Of a stretch of 64,000 bases of DNA, positions 28,364 to 38,712 are shown piece after piece. Origin of the DNA: Sporomusa sp. (GTDB taxonomy: Bacteria; Bacillota; Negativicutes; Sporomusales; Sporomusaceae); assembly GCF_035561155.1 (NCBI RefSeq), contig NZ_DATMYD010000010.1:2873-66872 (forward strand). Direction: 5' to 3'. The notes beneath the pieces were generated by a model. It was not told the origin of the DNA. It searched no databases and saw only the letters and a program-made list of their open reading frames with translations. Position 1 is the stretch's first letter. Each line of letters starts with the position of its first letter. The translations under genes were made by a program, and so were the position numbers.

Positions 28364-28428
28364 ATTCTATAGTCTGAATGTTGCTAATGGTATAACACTT
28401 TTTTTAGACTATTTTGTGTTTTTTTTAG
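28364..28428 (-). promoter_or_regulatory. Activator box and -10 element upstream of uxaB
   Basis: CTAAAAAAAACACAAAAT-N3-CTAAAAAAA, with TAGAAT at the same spacing as at dctQ. Confidence 0.75.
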
Positions 28429-28514
28429 TTTACGATAAAAGGGTTGCTTCAGACTGATTCATCATGGTACTATCGGTGATAGTGGATCTGTAAACCATAC
28501 TAAGGAGACTACCT

Positions 28515-29408
28515 GTGAATAATAATCGCATAACCATGATGATGATTGCCGTCATTTTCCTGTGGGGCATCAATGTCGTTATGATTAAATATTTGACCAA
28601 TTATTATCCGCCCCTGGCTCTTGCCGGTATTCGCATGGTACTGGCTGCTGCCTTCTTACTGCCGGCTGTACTGTATCCGGGCGGCTGGCAGCCTGTACCC
28701 CGGGCCGCCTGGGGGCCTATCTGCGGTGTGGCACTGTTTAATATATTCCTACACCAGATAGCCTTGTCATGGGGCATAAAAGCAACCAGCGCTACGCACG
28801 CTACGCTGATACTTGCACTGAATCCGTTGCTAACCACTCTGCTGGCCAGTTGGCTTGTTCGCGAACCACTTAGCCGGAACAAATTACTCGGTGTGGTCTT
28901 AGGGCTGGCCGGGGTATTGCTTATTATATCCGGCAAGGCTGATACAGTAGGAGCGACCCTCTTGGGCGATGGCGTCATGGTCATTGCCATGCTCGCTTAT
29001 GTCTTCGGTTCGCTGTGTGTCAAAAATGGCACGATTTACGCCCCGCCGCTCATTGTCACGACTTACAGCCACTTGGTAGCAGCTCCTGCCCTGGTACTAC
29101 TCGGCTTATTTGCTAACCCGGTCTGGGTGTACGAAGGCGCTTTTGAGCCTTGGCCACTCGCCATTTTACTCTTTTCCAGTTGGTTTAGCACAGCCCTGGG
29201 CGCGCTATTGTGGAACACCGGTGTTCATCATATTGGCGCCTCAACAGCCTCGCTGTTTTTAAACGGTCAGCCAGTCGTCGGCCTCTTCGCCTCAGCGCTG
29301 TTCTTAAATGAACAGCTGGTATGGCAGCATTATATAGCACTAATCCTGGTACTTATGGGCGTCGGCCTGGGGACAGGCGCACTTGCCAGTTGGCGAAAAG
29401 GTACATAA
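28515..29408 (+). CDS. DMT/EamA family transporter
   Basis: Two EamA repeats, 10 TMs, LWG and P-L motifs. Confidence 0.9.
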   Translation: MNNNRITMMMIAVIFLWGINVVMIKYLTNYYPPLALAGIRMVLAAAFLLPAVLYPGGWQPVPRAAWGPICGVALFNIFLHQIALSWGIKATSATHATLILALNPLLTTLLASWLVREPLSRNKLLGVVLGLAGVLLIISGKADTVGATLLGDGVMVIAMLAYVFGSLCVKNGTIYAPPLIVTTYSHLVAAPALVLLGLFANPVWVYEGAFEPWPLAILLFSSWFSTALGALLWNTGVHHIGASTASLFLNGQPVVGLFASALFLNEQLVWQHYIALILVLMGVGLGTGALASWRKGT

Positions 29409-29410
29409 CG

Positions 29411-29519
29411 ATAAAGAAAACACGGCTTTCGCCGAGCCTTTGGCGAAAGCGGAAAAGCCGCCTGTGCCCTTGGGGTAATGTTGCCCTTATCCAGGAGAAA
29501 GTTATACTTTCTATCAGGA
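29411..29519. repeat. Dispersed composite palindromic repeat, copy B (with 17-bp insertion)
   Basis: Aligns with 22206-22296. Confidence 0.85.
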
Positions 29520-29522
29520 CGA

Positions 29523-29560
29523 AAAAGGCCAGGAAGCGTATAAAGCTTCCTGGCCTTCTT
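29523..29560. terminator. Rho-independent terminator
   Basis: aaggccaggaag / cttcctggcctt stem flanked by A- and T-runs. Confidence 0.75.
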
Positions 29561-29858
29561 TGTAACCTTTGCCTATATCCGGAACCCACTATCTCCTGTT
29601 TGAGTTTTGCAGCCACCATAGCAACCTTTTGTTAGCTTGACTGGCAATTGTTCTCAACAGCGCTCATTATTTGTCGATCGTGCCTCTTTGCTATTTTTCT
29701 TTATTATTCGACTTGATTCGACTTTTATCTTTTGGTACTATTGTTACAAGCCTATTGACCTAGCTGCAATTATTATCGTATAACCTTTTTGACAAGTATG
29801 GGTATTAGGTAAACAGTTCTTATGCACCATTGATACGAGTTAGGAGGGACTTAGGCTT

Positions 29859-31220
29859 ATGGCTGACAATGCAAGAATTAAAAATTCACTTTCGTTTGAT
29901 GAACCTGACAATAGCTTTAATCCCCGTGAAGCTATTACCGAAGCCAAGCGGTGCTTAAGCTGCAAAAACCCACTCTGCCGGACAGGCTGTCCGATTGAAC
30001 ATGAAATTCCTCAATTTATTGACGCGCTGGCTAGAGGCAATGTCGGCGAAGCCAGCACTATTATTGCCCGTCGCAGCAATCTCCCGGCCGTATGCGGCAG
30101 AGTATGTCCGCATGAAAAGCAATGCGAAGGTGCCTGTATACTGGCCAAAAAGGGAAAAGGCATCCGAATAGGTAAGCTTGAACAATTTATTGCTGATTTT
30201 GACGCCGAAATGGAACTTACGGCGCATACTCTGCCCAGCAAGTTTGCGGGCAAAGTAGCGGTTATCGGCTCCGGCCCGGCTGGTCTCACAGTGGCCGGTG
30301 ATCTGGCTAAAGCCGGTTATGAGGTTACTGTGTTTGAAAGCCAATCCGAACCTGGCGGTGTCTTAGTATACGGGATTCCCGAGTTCCGCTTAAAAAAGGA
30401 TGTTGTTCGGCGGGAAATCCAGCGTATTGAAAGGCTGGGTGTGACATTCAGCACCGAAGTTCTGGTAGGGCCTGATATTACGATTGACGAAATGTTTGCT
30501 GATGACTATGACGCTATCTTTATCGGCACAGGTACAGCCTTGCCCCGCACACTTGATGTTCCAGGCAAAGATTTGCCGGGTGTGCTGCAGGCCAGCTACT
30601 TTTTACAGATGGTCGCTTTAGCCAGAGGCGGCAATGTTGATCGCCGGGAAGTGCCTGTACAGCTTGGCGATAAAGTCCTTGTTGTTGGTGCCGGCAATGT
30701 AGCCATGGATGCTGCCCGTACCGCAATTCGCCTGGGCGCAAGAGCTAGTGTCGTTTATCATCGCACCGAAAAAGAGATTACCGCCCTACCTTCTGAATAT
30801 CAGCAGGCAAAAGAGGAAGGCGTAGAATTCATTTGGCTGGCCAGTACCACGAAGTTTTTTGGCCAAGACAAACTGACCAGTCTCGAGTATGAAGTAATGG
30901 AGATTGACGACGATAAAAATATCCGGGGGACAGGGCGCTTAGAAAAGATCAATACCGACAAAGTAATTTTGGCGATTGGCCAACGTCCGGCTGCCCGAAT
31001 TGTCTCAACAACCACAGGCATTGAGGTCAACGAAAAGGGCTATGTGATTACCAAAGATCGCCCATATGGCATGACTACCCGGCGCGGTGTCTTCGCCGGC
31101 GGCGATGTTGTGCATGAACCGGCTACTGTCGTACTAGCGATGAAGGAAGCGAAAAAAGTGGCTCAAGGCATTGCCCTATATATCGAAGCAAAAAAACTGT
31201 TAGAAGAATGTGGAGCATAA
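29859..31220 (+). CDS. GltD/NfnB/SudA-like NAD(P)-dependent Fe-S flavoprotein (stand-alone)
   Basis: EAKRCLSC..C..GCP, CGRVCPHEKQCE, IGSGPAG, YGIPEFRL, GAGNVAMD, VFAGGD. Confidence 0.9.
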   Translation: MADNARIKNSLSFDEPDNSFNPREAITEAKRCLSCKNPLCRTGCPIEHEIPQFIDALARGNVGEASTIIARRSNLPAVCGRVCPHEKQCEGACILAKKGKGIRIGKLEQFIADFDAEMELTAHTLPSKFAGKVAVIGSGPAGLTVAGDLAKAGYEVTVFESQSEPGGVLVYGIPEFRLKKDVVRREIQRIERLGVTFSTEVLVGPDITIDEMFADDYDAIFIGTGTALPRTLDVPGKDLPGVLQASYFLQMVALARGGNVDRREVPVQLGDKVLVVGAGNVAMDAARTAIRLGARASVVYHRTEKEITALPSEYQQAKEEGVEFIWLASTTKFFGQDKLTSLEYEVMEIDDDKNIRGTGRLEKINTDKVILAIGQRPAARIVSTTTGIEVNEKGYVITKDRPYGMTTRRGVFAGGDVVHEPATVVLAMKEAKKVAQGIALYIEAKKLLEECGA

Positions 31221-31262
31221 TAAGGGCGCTGAACCCCCATAAGAGGCGGCAGCAGCCAAGTA

Positions 31263-31303
31263 GAAGAAGAGCTATCGGCGGTTGCCGATAGCTCTTCTTC
31301 TTT
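31263..31303. terminator. Bidirectional terminator
   Basis: gaagaagagctatcggc / gccgatagctcttcttc. Confidence 0.8.
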
Positions 31304-31304
31304 A

Positions 31305-32000
31305 TCACTTACCTAGTTTTGCCTTTACTGCCCGGACAATCTCGCGGGCAAACGGGCCAAGATCATCGTCGGCATAGGCCTTCATTATCCCGGCGGCTAC
31401 CTGGCGAATGGCACTTTTAATTACATCGGTGCTCCCGTAGGGCTGGCAACGCAGTGTCTCTTCAAGCAACACGGCGGCTGTCAGCGCTTTTTCAGCAGCC
31501 TGTGTATTTATATACGTAACACAGTCAGCCTGACCAAGGATAATCTTGCCTGCCGGCGCTAATATCTCCTGGGCCAGTGCGGCAAGTTCCTCCGGCTGTT
31601 CATCCACAATAATAATAGGCTCAGCCCCCTGCGCCATTTCCCTCGCCTGCGCGACAAATTTGGCCCCAATGCATCTAACCTGCGGGGAAGCCGTTACTGC
31701 CAGCACATGTTTGGCCACATTGGTCGCCACATTGATCATGTTGATCGGCCGTTCCAACTGGTTAAAGTCTTTGATTAAACTAATGACTTCCCTGTCAGGC
31801 ACGACCAGGAGTATCGTGCCCCAATCAGCCAACTCTTCAAGGTTTGCGGCTGCTGAAACACCCAGCTCTTGGGCAACCGCCTGCAGCCGGTTCTCATCGC
31901 GGTCAAAAATTTTAAGATTGACATGACCAGCTAACTTGCCTGTAAGTACTTTACCCATGCGCCCTACGCCAATCAAACCAACCGCTTTCATCTTAGCCAC
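31305..32000 (-). CDS. NAD(P)-binding Rossmann protein (ProC/F420-oxidoreductase-like N-terminus), function unknown
   Basis: GLIGVGRMG...IFDR. Confidence 0.7.
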   Translation of the reverse strand: MAKMKAVGLIGVGRMGKVLTGKLAGHVNLKIFDRDENRLQAVAQELGVSAAANLEELADWGTILLVVPDREVISLIKDFNQLERPINMINVATNVAKHVLAVTASPQVRCIGAKFVAQAREMAQGAEPIIIVDEQPEELAALAQEILAPAGKIILGQADCVTYINTQAAEKALTAAVLLEETLRCQPYGSTDVIKSAIRQVAAGIMKAYADDDLGPFAREIVRAVKAKLGK

Positions 32001-32211
32001 CTCATCTAATCAGGTTACCTTCCCTCCCCAGCACTCATACAATAGTAAGAAAGGACTTAACTTTTGCCAATTGGTCCTTTCGGCACTGCAAAATTCTCAG
32101 TCATTCTTACGTATCATTAGCATGGGAATGTTTTTTTGGAAATGCATCAAATTCTTTGTAATATATGCCCCTTACCGGTAGGTGGTGCAGAATATGGCAC
32201 ATGTTCAGAAT

Positions 32212-32265
32212 TTAACACCCAATTAACAAATTACTAACATACTCAAGCCTAACCGCCAGTACAAT
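32212..32265 (+). promoter_or_regulatory. Pho-box-like repeats and -10 element upstream of PIN-PhoH
   Basis: TTAACA (32212), TTAACA (32223), CTAACA (32234) at an exact 11-bp period; TACAAT at 32260. Confidence 0.6.
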
Positions 32266-32378
32266 TTAACATAGGCACCTAGTTTGCCAATATACCGTAG
32301 CCTTAGTTATGCAAAGATAAAGAAGGGGGATAGCTTTGATTCCAGAGCGTTACGTCATACTTGAGGGGGCCATAGTTA

Positions 32379-33764
32379 ATGTCAAAATGTTATGTACTTG
32401 ATACCAATGTTTTGCTTCACTCACCTAATGCCTTATTCGCCTTCAATGAGCATATGATCGTACTCCCGGAAGTCGTGATTGAGGAGCTTGACCGCTTTAA
32501 AAAGGAAAGCAGTGAGCGTGGTGCCCATAGCCGTCACGTCAGCAGACTTATAGATAAGTTCCGGTTACAAGGCAACTTGTTAGAGGGTGTTCCCCTTAAT
32601 GAGTTTGGCGGCGTGCTGCGACTTGAGGCCAACCATACCTGTACCGAAATGCCGGTTCACTGGGACAAAGAAAAAGGCGATAACCGGATTCTCCAAATAT
32701 GCAAAGGTTTAATGGAAACCGGCTATCAGGCAATTCTTGTAAGCCGGGATACCAATATGCGGGTCAAAGCGGCGATCCTTGAAATCCCGGCAGAAGACTT
32801 CCGCAATGACAAAGTCGCAAGTATCGACCAACAATATACCGGCCGCCAGACAGTATACACCTCCAGTGAGATTATTAATGAGTTCTATCGTGATGATGTT
32901 AATTGCCTAGACCCGGCAAAGCTTTTTGCCTATGATGAAAACGCCGGACTAACGACTCCTGCCCATTTTATCACAAATCAATTTCTGCTAATAAAATCGT
33001 CTGATAATGCCCGTCATACCGCTCTTGGCCGGTTTGACGGACAAAAAATCGTCCAGCTCAGATACCGGAACCGTAATCCTTTTGGCGTAATACCAAGAAA
33101 TGTTGGACAAATATTTATGCAGGAATGTCTCATGATGAGCGCCGAAGAAGCACCGCTCGTAATTATCAAGGGCCCTGCCGGAACGGCTAAAACCTTTTAC
33201 TCTTTGGCGGTAGGCCTATATAAAAACATGGACTGTCGTCCCAGAGAGTACCATCATATTTTGATCTGCCGGCCTCACTGTATGCTTGATGAGGGGCTTG
33301 GTTTTCTTCCAGGAACAGAGTCGGAAAAGTTAGAACCCTATATGCGGTCAATAAAAGATAACCTGTTTACCTTAATGTCCGGCTGCTCAATGACCGATGA
33401 CAAAGATGTTGCTCAAGCCGAAGACACCGTAAGTATGATGTTTGAAAAAGGTATTATCCAGACTGAAGCCCTCGCCTATCAGCGCGGCCGCTCACTACAA
33501 CGCTACTGGGTCATGTTTGATGAAATGCAGAACTCAACCCCCCGGCAGGCTAAAGCCGTATTAACCCGATCAGGTCAAGGAACAAAGATCATCATGCTGG
33601 GTGATCCGGCACAAATTGATAATCCACTTTTAGACAGTCAGTCAAATGGGCTGTGCTACGCCGGCGAAAAAATGATCGGCTCTAAGCTTTGTTATCAGAT
33701 TACCATGCTTCCGGAAGAATGTGAACGCTCCCCGTTAGCCGCAGAAGCAGCTATGAGATTATAG
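32379..33764 (+). CDS. PIN-PhoH protein (PhoH2/YlaK-like)
   Basis: VLDTNVLL and EELD PIN motifs; GPAGTAKT, RGRSL, DEMQN, GDPAQID. Confidence 0.92.
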   Translation: MSKCYVLDTNVLLHSPNALFAFNEHMIVLPEVVIEELDRFKKESSERGAHSRHVSRLIDKFRLQGNLLEGVPLNEFGGVLRLEANHTCTEMPVHWDKEKGDNRILQICKGLMETGYQAILVSRDTNMRVKAAILEIPAEDFRNDKVASIDQQYTGRQTVYTSSEIINEFYRDDVNCLDPAKLFAYDENAGLTTPAHFITNQFLLIKSSDNARHTALGRFDGQKIVQLRYRNRNPFGVIPRNVGQIFMQECLMMSAEEAPLVIIKGPAGTAKTFYSLAVGLYKNMDCRPREYHHILICRPHCMLDEGLGFLPGTESEKLEPYMRSIKDNLFTLMSGCSMTDDKDVAQAEDTVSMMFEKGIIQTEALAYQRGRSLQRYWVMFDEMQNSTPRQAKAVLTRSGQGTKIIMLGDPAQIDNPLLDSQSNGLCYAGEKMIGSKLCYQITMLPEECERSPLAAEAAMRL

Positions 33765-33804
33765 GAAAAGAGTCTCAGCGTCTATGTATGCTGAGACTCT
33801 TTTC
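33765..33804. terminator. Bidirectional terminator
   Basis: gaaaagagtctcagc / gctgagactcttttc. Confidence 0.78.
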
Positions 33805-33895
33805 TAGCTTGATCTGACCGAAAATGATTCTGCTGTACAGAGTACGGCACCTGAAACGGCATCACAGTTGACCCGCAGTTTGCGTGAACTATTCT

Positions 33896-35155
33896 TTATA
33901 CTAGTGCCTTAAAGACTGCAAGCCCCAGCCCGGCCAAACCGCCAACGATAACACCGTTAATTCGAATCCACTCCAGGTCTTCACCTGCTTTGTCTTCAAT
34001 AAACCGATTAAGATCCTCATCAGAAAGCTTCTGCAATGCACGACTTGCTACCTTTCCCACAAGATGATGTTCGTTATCAATCATGTTCCTGATAAGTACC
34101 TTAACATAGGTCTCAGCCTGCATCTGCATCGTGGGGCTCTGTTTAAACTGCTCCCAGCTGCTTTCTACATGGCCAGCAAGCCATTCTGCCACATAATGGC
34201 GATACTCGGATGGCTGCCTGAGCGCATTCAGCACAGCCTGAATTAATGCCGTAAGCGGCTCAGTAAGGGAAATTCGAGTAACCAGGCTATCTTTCCAGCC
34301 ATTGATCGCCGTTTCCCACTCAGGCGTTTCCAGCCTCATGGTTAGCTCTGAAAGCTGATCTTCAAACCAATGCCGGACAGGATGATCTTCATCCTGGAGT
34401 TCATCTACTGTTTTAATCAGTTCCTGGTGTAAAGCATCGGCGGCATCTGTCAGGTTAATCCCATCAATGGTTTCCATAAATCCAGTAACCATTGCGGACA
34501 GCCAATTTTTCTTGGCTGTTTTTTGTTTGACCTGTTCCAAGTAGAGAAAAATAGTGTCCCGGGTTTTCTCCTCCCGCGCCAGTATGGCAAGTTCGCCGAT
34601 AATCGCTAGATATATTTGCCGTCCCCTGCCTTGCTCTAAAGACCAACGGACAACATCCTCAGCGTGGGGCGCTGCTGATTGATGCTTTAGAACAAGCTTA
34701 ATCATTCTTTCGGAATATTTAACGGCAGTATCCGGATTAAATGTCTGTACCAGCCCATCAATCAGTTTATCAGCCGCTTGCCTGATAAACGGTCTAATGC
34801 TGATGCTCTCAGTGTGCGTAAGCACTTGTTTAATAATGTTAGCTTCGATCAGCCGTACATTTATAGACTCTTTGCTAAGAAAGTCTTTTTCCACAGCACG
34901 AGCTAAGCCTTCAATAAGCCGTTCACGGTTCCGCGGAATAAGAGCAGTATGATAAGGAAAGCCAAGTGGACGGCGAAATAGTGCTGTTACTGCAAACCAG
35001 TCAGCTACGCCGCCTGCCAAACTGGCTTCAGCTACGGTTAACAATGCATTAGTCCACCAGTTGCCTGGATAAGAAGATGTTAGCGCCAGGGCAATCACAA
35101 ATAAACCGGCAGCCGCTGCCAGCGCTTGATTGGCCCGCCCCCTGACCGCCCTCAT
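33896..35155 (-). CDS. DUF445 family membrane protein
   Basis: GGVADWFAVTALFRRPLG, HTALIP, IRINGVIVGG. Confidence 0.88.
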   Translation of the reverse strand: MRAVRGRANQALAAAAGLFVIALALTSSYPGNWWTNALLTVAEASLAGGVADWFAVTALFRRPLGFPYHTALIPRNRERLIEGLARAVEKDFLSKESINVRLIEANIIKQVLTHTESISIRPFIRQAADKLIDGLVQTFNPDTAVKYSERMIKLVLKHQSAAPHAEDVVRWSLEQGRGRQIYLAIIGELAILAREEKTRDTIFLYLEQVKQKTAKKNWLSAMVTGFMETIDGINLTDAADALHQELIKTVDELQDEDHPVRHWFEDQLSELTMRLETPEWETAINGWKDSLVTRISLTEPLTALIQAVLNALRQPSEYRHYVAEWLAGHVESSWEQFKQSPTMQMQAETYVKVLIRNMIDNEHHLVGKVASRALQKLSDEDLNRFIEDKAGEDLEWIRINGVIVGGLAGLGLAVFKALV

Positions 35156-36390
35156 GGCCTCACCCCAACTGCATAAATAATGAGGAACAATACTATACCG
35201 ACCAAACCGCCAACAATAGAACCGTTAATCCTTATCATCTGTAAATCGTTCATAACCTTTGACTCAATATAGTCTACAAGCTCAGCATCGCTAAAGCTCT
35301 CCAGGTAACTGGCGACAAGGCGCCCAATCTCACCGTGGTTCTTATTCACCCACCTAACCAACCAGTCAACCAGCAGTGCATCAAGCTGGTCTTGCCTGCC
35401 AGTATCACCTGTTAAGTCGTCGGCAAGTTTTGCCGCCTGCCTGACCAACCACTTAGACCAACCTGCAGCCATTTCTGGTTCAGCAGCCTGATACTCTGCC
35501 AGTCGCTCTGCGAGTTTTACTGCTATTGGCCTTAACTTTTCCTCTGCCTGTTGTCCGAGCAAAGCGTCAGTTTGTAAGTCATCAGCAAGCTTAACAAGCC
35601 AGCCGTTCAGTCGCTGACGCAGGTGGTGGTCGCGGCTATACATTCCTTCCAGCAAGCCTGCCGCCTGCTCCTGGATCATACCAGCAACTGTGACGGGATC
35701 AAGGCTGAGCAGGTTCTCTAGTATCCAACCCGCAAACTTGCGCTGGTTCTGCCTGGCAGCATAGTCTTTAAGGGCGCTGCTATACATAGTAGCGATAATT
35801 TCTGTTATGTATTTTTCGCGGGCCATCTGTTTAATTTCCGTAATTCCAAAATCGATCAACTCATCTGCAAAACCGCTTGCTAACGACCAGTCCAGAGCCT
35901 GACCAGCCAGTGGCGCAATTTTTACCTTATCTTTGTGTTCTCTAAGCACCAGGTCAATCGCGGCTGATATCTTAGCCGTGTCTATGGCACCACTGGCTTT
36001 CTGGACAAACCCACCTGCTAAAATATGCAATTGCTGCCTGGCTTCAGCCTGTCCGGCATAATGCATAATCAGCCTGGCTAAGCCAGCCTGGCGTAATGTT
36101 TCTCTGATATTATCGGCGGTTAAGAGTTCTTCTTCTACCATAATAATAATTGCCTTAAAAATACGGTCGCGGTTTCTCGGGATAATCGCGGTACGGTAAG
36201 GTATTTGCAAAGGCTTTCTGAACAGCGCCGTCACAGCATACCAGTCAGCCAGGCCGCCGACCATAGCGGCACTAAAGCCACTAGTTAACAGCGCGCCCCA
36301 GAAGGTGTGCTGATGAGGGTAGCTCAGAAAAAAACCAGCAGCCGCCCCTACCAAGGTAACTGTTGCTATATGACGATTATCTGCCTTCAT
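35152..36390 (-). CDS. DUF445 family membrane protein (tandem paralog)
   Basis: GGLADWYAVTALFRKPL, TAIIPRNR, IRINGSIVGG. Confidence 0.88.
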   Translation of the reverse strand: MKADNRHIATVTLVGAAAGFFLSYPHQHTFWGALLTSGFSAAMVGGLADWYAVTALFRKPLQIPYRTAIIPRNRDRIFKAIIIMVEEELLTADNIRETLRQAGLARLIMHYAGQAEARQQLHILAGGFVQKASGAIDTAKISAAIDLVLREHKDKVKIAPLAGQALDWSLASGFADELIDFGITEIKQMAREKYITEIIATMYSSALKDYAARQNQRKFAGWILENLLSLDPVTVAGMIQEQAAGLLEGMYSRDHHLRQRLNGWLVKLADDLQTDALLGQQAEEKLRPIAVKLAERLAEYQAAEPEMAAGWSKWLVRQAAKLADDLTGDTGRQDQLDALLVDWLVRWVNKNHGEIGRLVASYLESFSDAELVDYIESKVMNDLQMIRINGSIVGGLVGIVLFLIIYAVGVRP

Positions 36391-36620
36391 AAGTTCACCT
36401 TCTCTCTAATTTTCATCGGCAAATCCGAAATAAATACCTAATTCATAACCATATATTAGAAGCAGTACCCTATCCGGCCAAATTATGAGATTGGGCGACC
36501 CATAAGCATAGAATAAACCCGTGCTCCTCCTGTTGCTGTTTTACAGCTTGCCACGGCTGTTGCTATCAGGTACTCAGCAAGATACAATGGATTGAAAACT
36601 ATTGAAGAAGGGGTGAGACA

Positions 36621-36794
36621 ATGTCTATTTCTCGCTGGTTCTGGCACGCAATTACCGGGTGTCCTGAGACTGATCTAGACCATACTATGTATGGTACAAC
36701 CCATTGCCGCACCTGCGGACGGGTTACCTTCGTCTCAGACACTCTCCCCAAAATTAACAGGCTTAAAAAAACAAGTCACCTTAGCTCTCGTTAA
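36621..36794 (+). CDS. 57-aa small protein with H/C...CxxC Zn-ribbon-like motif (not in the ORF track)
   Basis: RBS GAAGGGGTG 5 nt before ATG; MSISRWFWHAITGCPETDLDHTMYGTTHCRTCGRVTFVSDTLPKINRLKKTSHLSSR; downstream hairpin at about 36827-36859. Confidence 0.6.
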   Translation: MSISRWFWHAITGCPETDLDHTMYGTTHCRTCGRVTFVSDTLPKINRLKKTSHLSSR

Positions 36795-36983
36795 TATGTG
36801 GCCCGGCCCTGCCGGGATATTTACATAACCGCCAAGCTGCTGCCGCAGACTGGCGGTTTATTATTTCCAAATAATCTAACACATTTTGAAGGAAATATCT
36901 AGAAGTATGTCGAAAACAGCTGAGAATATCACAGCGCCTGTTTTTTTACATAGTATATAGCAATGAAGAGCGTGGAGGTTATT

Positions 36984-38699
36984 ATGCAATTTGTTAAAAA
37001 TCTTGCGACTGCCAAAAAAATAATTGGCCTAGTATTGCTAGTCACCGTCTTTTTGACCTGTGTTGGCTATGTCGGTTATTACTTTACTGCCAAACTAAGC
37101 ACCAGCCTAGATAACATGTACGATAACAGATTACTGCCAGTAAAATATCTGAATGCCATGAGAGCTCACTCCCGGGCGATTGAAGCAAATATTGTCGAAT
37201 TATTCCTGCCCAATATCGACAAAGCCCGCGAAAATCATCTTACATCTGAAATTACTAATCGGGTTACCGAATTTAACGAACTTATGACTATCTATGAAAA
37301 AATCCCGCTGGATAATTATGAGCAAGAGAGGCTGGTCAAGCTTAAAGAAGCCTTGAACGCCTATCGCACTGCCCGAAATAAAAGTCTTGATATGGTTATG
37401 GCCGGACAAAAGCAGCTAGCTTATGAAAATTATGAACAAAATGCGTTAAAGTACTTAGATATCACCAATGTTCTACTTAAAGAGTTATCTGATTACAGCG
37501 ATGCAAAAGCTGTCGCAGCTAACGAACAAGGCCAACGGGATTCGACTAACGCAGCAACAACTATTCTGGTATCGATTATTACCGCGGTTATTCTAGCCTT
37601 ATCATTAGGCTTGTTCTTCTCAAGGCTGATTGTTAATCCCATTAAGCGGCTACAGGCTATGACAGTCGAAGTCGGGCACGGTAATCTGACTGTGCAGGAA
37701 CACGTGGACTCAACTGACGAAATTGGTCATCTGACGCAGGCTTTTAATGCCATGATTGATGATCAGCGCAAGATTGTCAGCACAGTACGTCAGGCTGCTG
37801 TTGAACTGTCCGGTGCCTCAGAGCAGCTAGCTGCCTCCAGCCAAGAGGTATCATCAACAGCCACCGAGGTGGCGCGCAACGTGCAGGAAGTGGCCCAGGA
37901 AGCCGAATCCGGCAACCAGGCGGTAGTAGATACTTCCAAGGTACTGCTTGAATTATCATCCATGATTCAAATTGCCAGAAAGCTAGCCGAATCCTCTGTC
38001 AGAAACTCTAAAATTACCCTGAAAACGGCCACCGCTGGTTCCGGGACGGTAGCCGAAGCGGTTACCAGGATGTCAGGAATAAAAGAAAAGACCGTCGAAA
38101 CAGAAGAACAAATTGCTGTGTTAAGTAAATATTCCGAGCAAATTGGTTTGTTGACTGACACGATAACCAATATTGCCAGTCAGACCAATCTGTTGGCTTT
38201 AAACGCCGCCATTGAAGCGGCAAGGGCCGGTGAAGCCGGACGCGGCTTTGCCGTTGTAGCTGAAGAAGTTCGCAAACTGGCTGAACAGTCTAACCATGGC
38301 GCCAGCGAAGTAGCCGAACTTGTTAAGAAAATTGCTGAAAGCACGGCTGCAGCTGTTGCCGCAACCCAGCACAGCCGTACCGAAGTTGAACACGGCGTAT
38401 CAGCTGTCAACCATGCCGGTGAAGCCTTGAATAATATACTTAGTGCCGTTAACAGCACAGTCCATGATATTGATAGCATTGGTAATATTACCGCCGATGA
38501 GGTTGCCACCTCAGATAAAATAATCCAACTAATCAATTCGGTAGCTTCCGGTATTGAAACAACAGCTGCCAACGCACAAGCAGTTTCGGCGTCAACAGAA
38601 GAAACGACTGCCACGATGGAAACGATCGCCGCCAGCGCCGAAGAAATGAGTGCCATGGCTAACCACCTGCGCGGTGCAGTGGAGCGATTTAAGGTATAG
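36984..38699 (+). CDS. Methyl-accepting chemotaxis protein (4HB sensor, HAMP)
   Basis: [35 protein letters not shown]; 2 TMs; GGAGG RBS. Confidence 0.97.
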   Translation: MQFVKNLATAKKIIGLVLLVTVFLTCVGYVGYYFTAKLSTSLDNMYDNRLLPVKYLNAMRAHSRAIEANIVELFLPNIDKARENHLTSEITNRVTEFNELMTIYEKIPLDNYEQERLVKLKEALNAYRTARNKSLDMVMAGQKQLAYENYEQNALKYLDITNVLLKELSDYSDAKAVAANEQGQRDSTNAATTILVSIITAVILALSLGLFFSRLIVNPIKRLQAMTVEVGHGNLTVQEHVDSTDEIGHLTQAFNAMIDDQRKIVSTVRQAAVELSGASEQLAASSQEVSSTATEVARNVQEVAQEAESGNQAVVDTSKVLLELSSMIQIARKLAESSVRNSKITLKTATAGSGTVAEAVTRMSGIKEKTVETEEQIAVLSKYSEQIGLLTDTITNIASQTNLLALNAAIEAARAGEAGRGFAVVAEEVRKLAEQSNHGASEVAELVKKIAESTAAAVAATQHSRTEVEHGVSAVNHAGEALNNILSAVNSTVHDIDSIGNITADEVATSDKIIQLINSVASGIETTAANAQAVSASTEETTATMETIAASAEEMSAMANHLRGAVERFKV

Positions 38700-38712
38700 C
38701 AACCAAACACTT

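Noticed and set aside
29353-29635. ORFs 29321-29635 and 29353-29619 (and similarly 22056-22274)
   Set aside because: They translate through the dispersed repeat and terminator, overlap real genes and show no domain motifs
29859-31220. Calling this gene gltD or nfnB
   Set aside because: No gltB or nfnA partner is adjacent, so only the family can be supported
38180-38710. Long antisense ORFs over the MCP, DASS and other genes
   Set aside because: Typical reverse-strand shadows of codon-biased genes, with no RBS or recognisable domains
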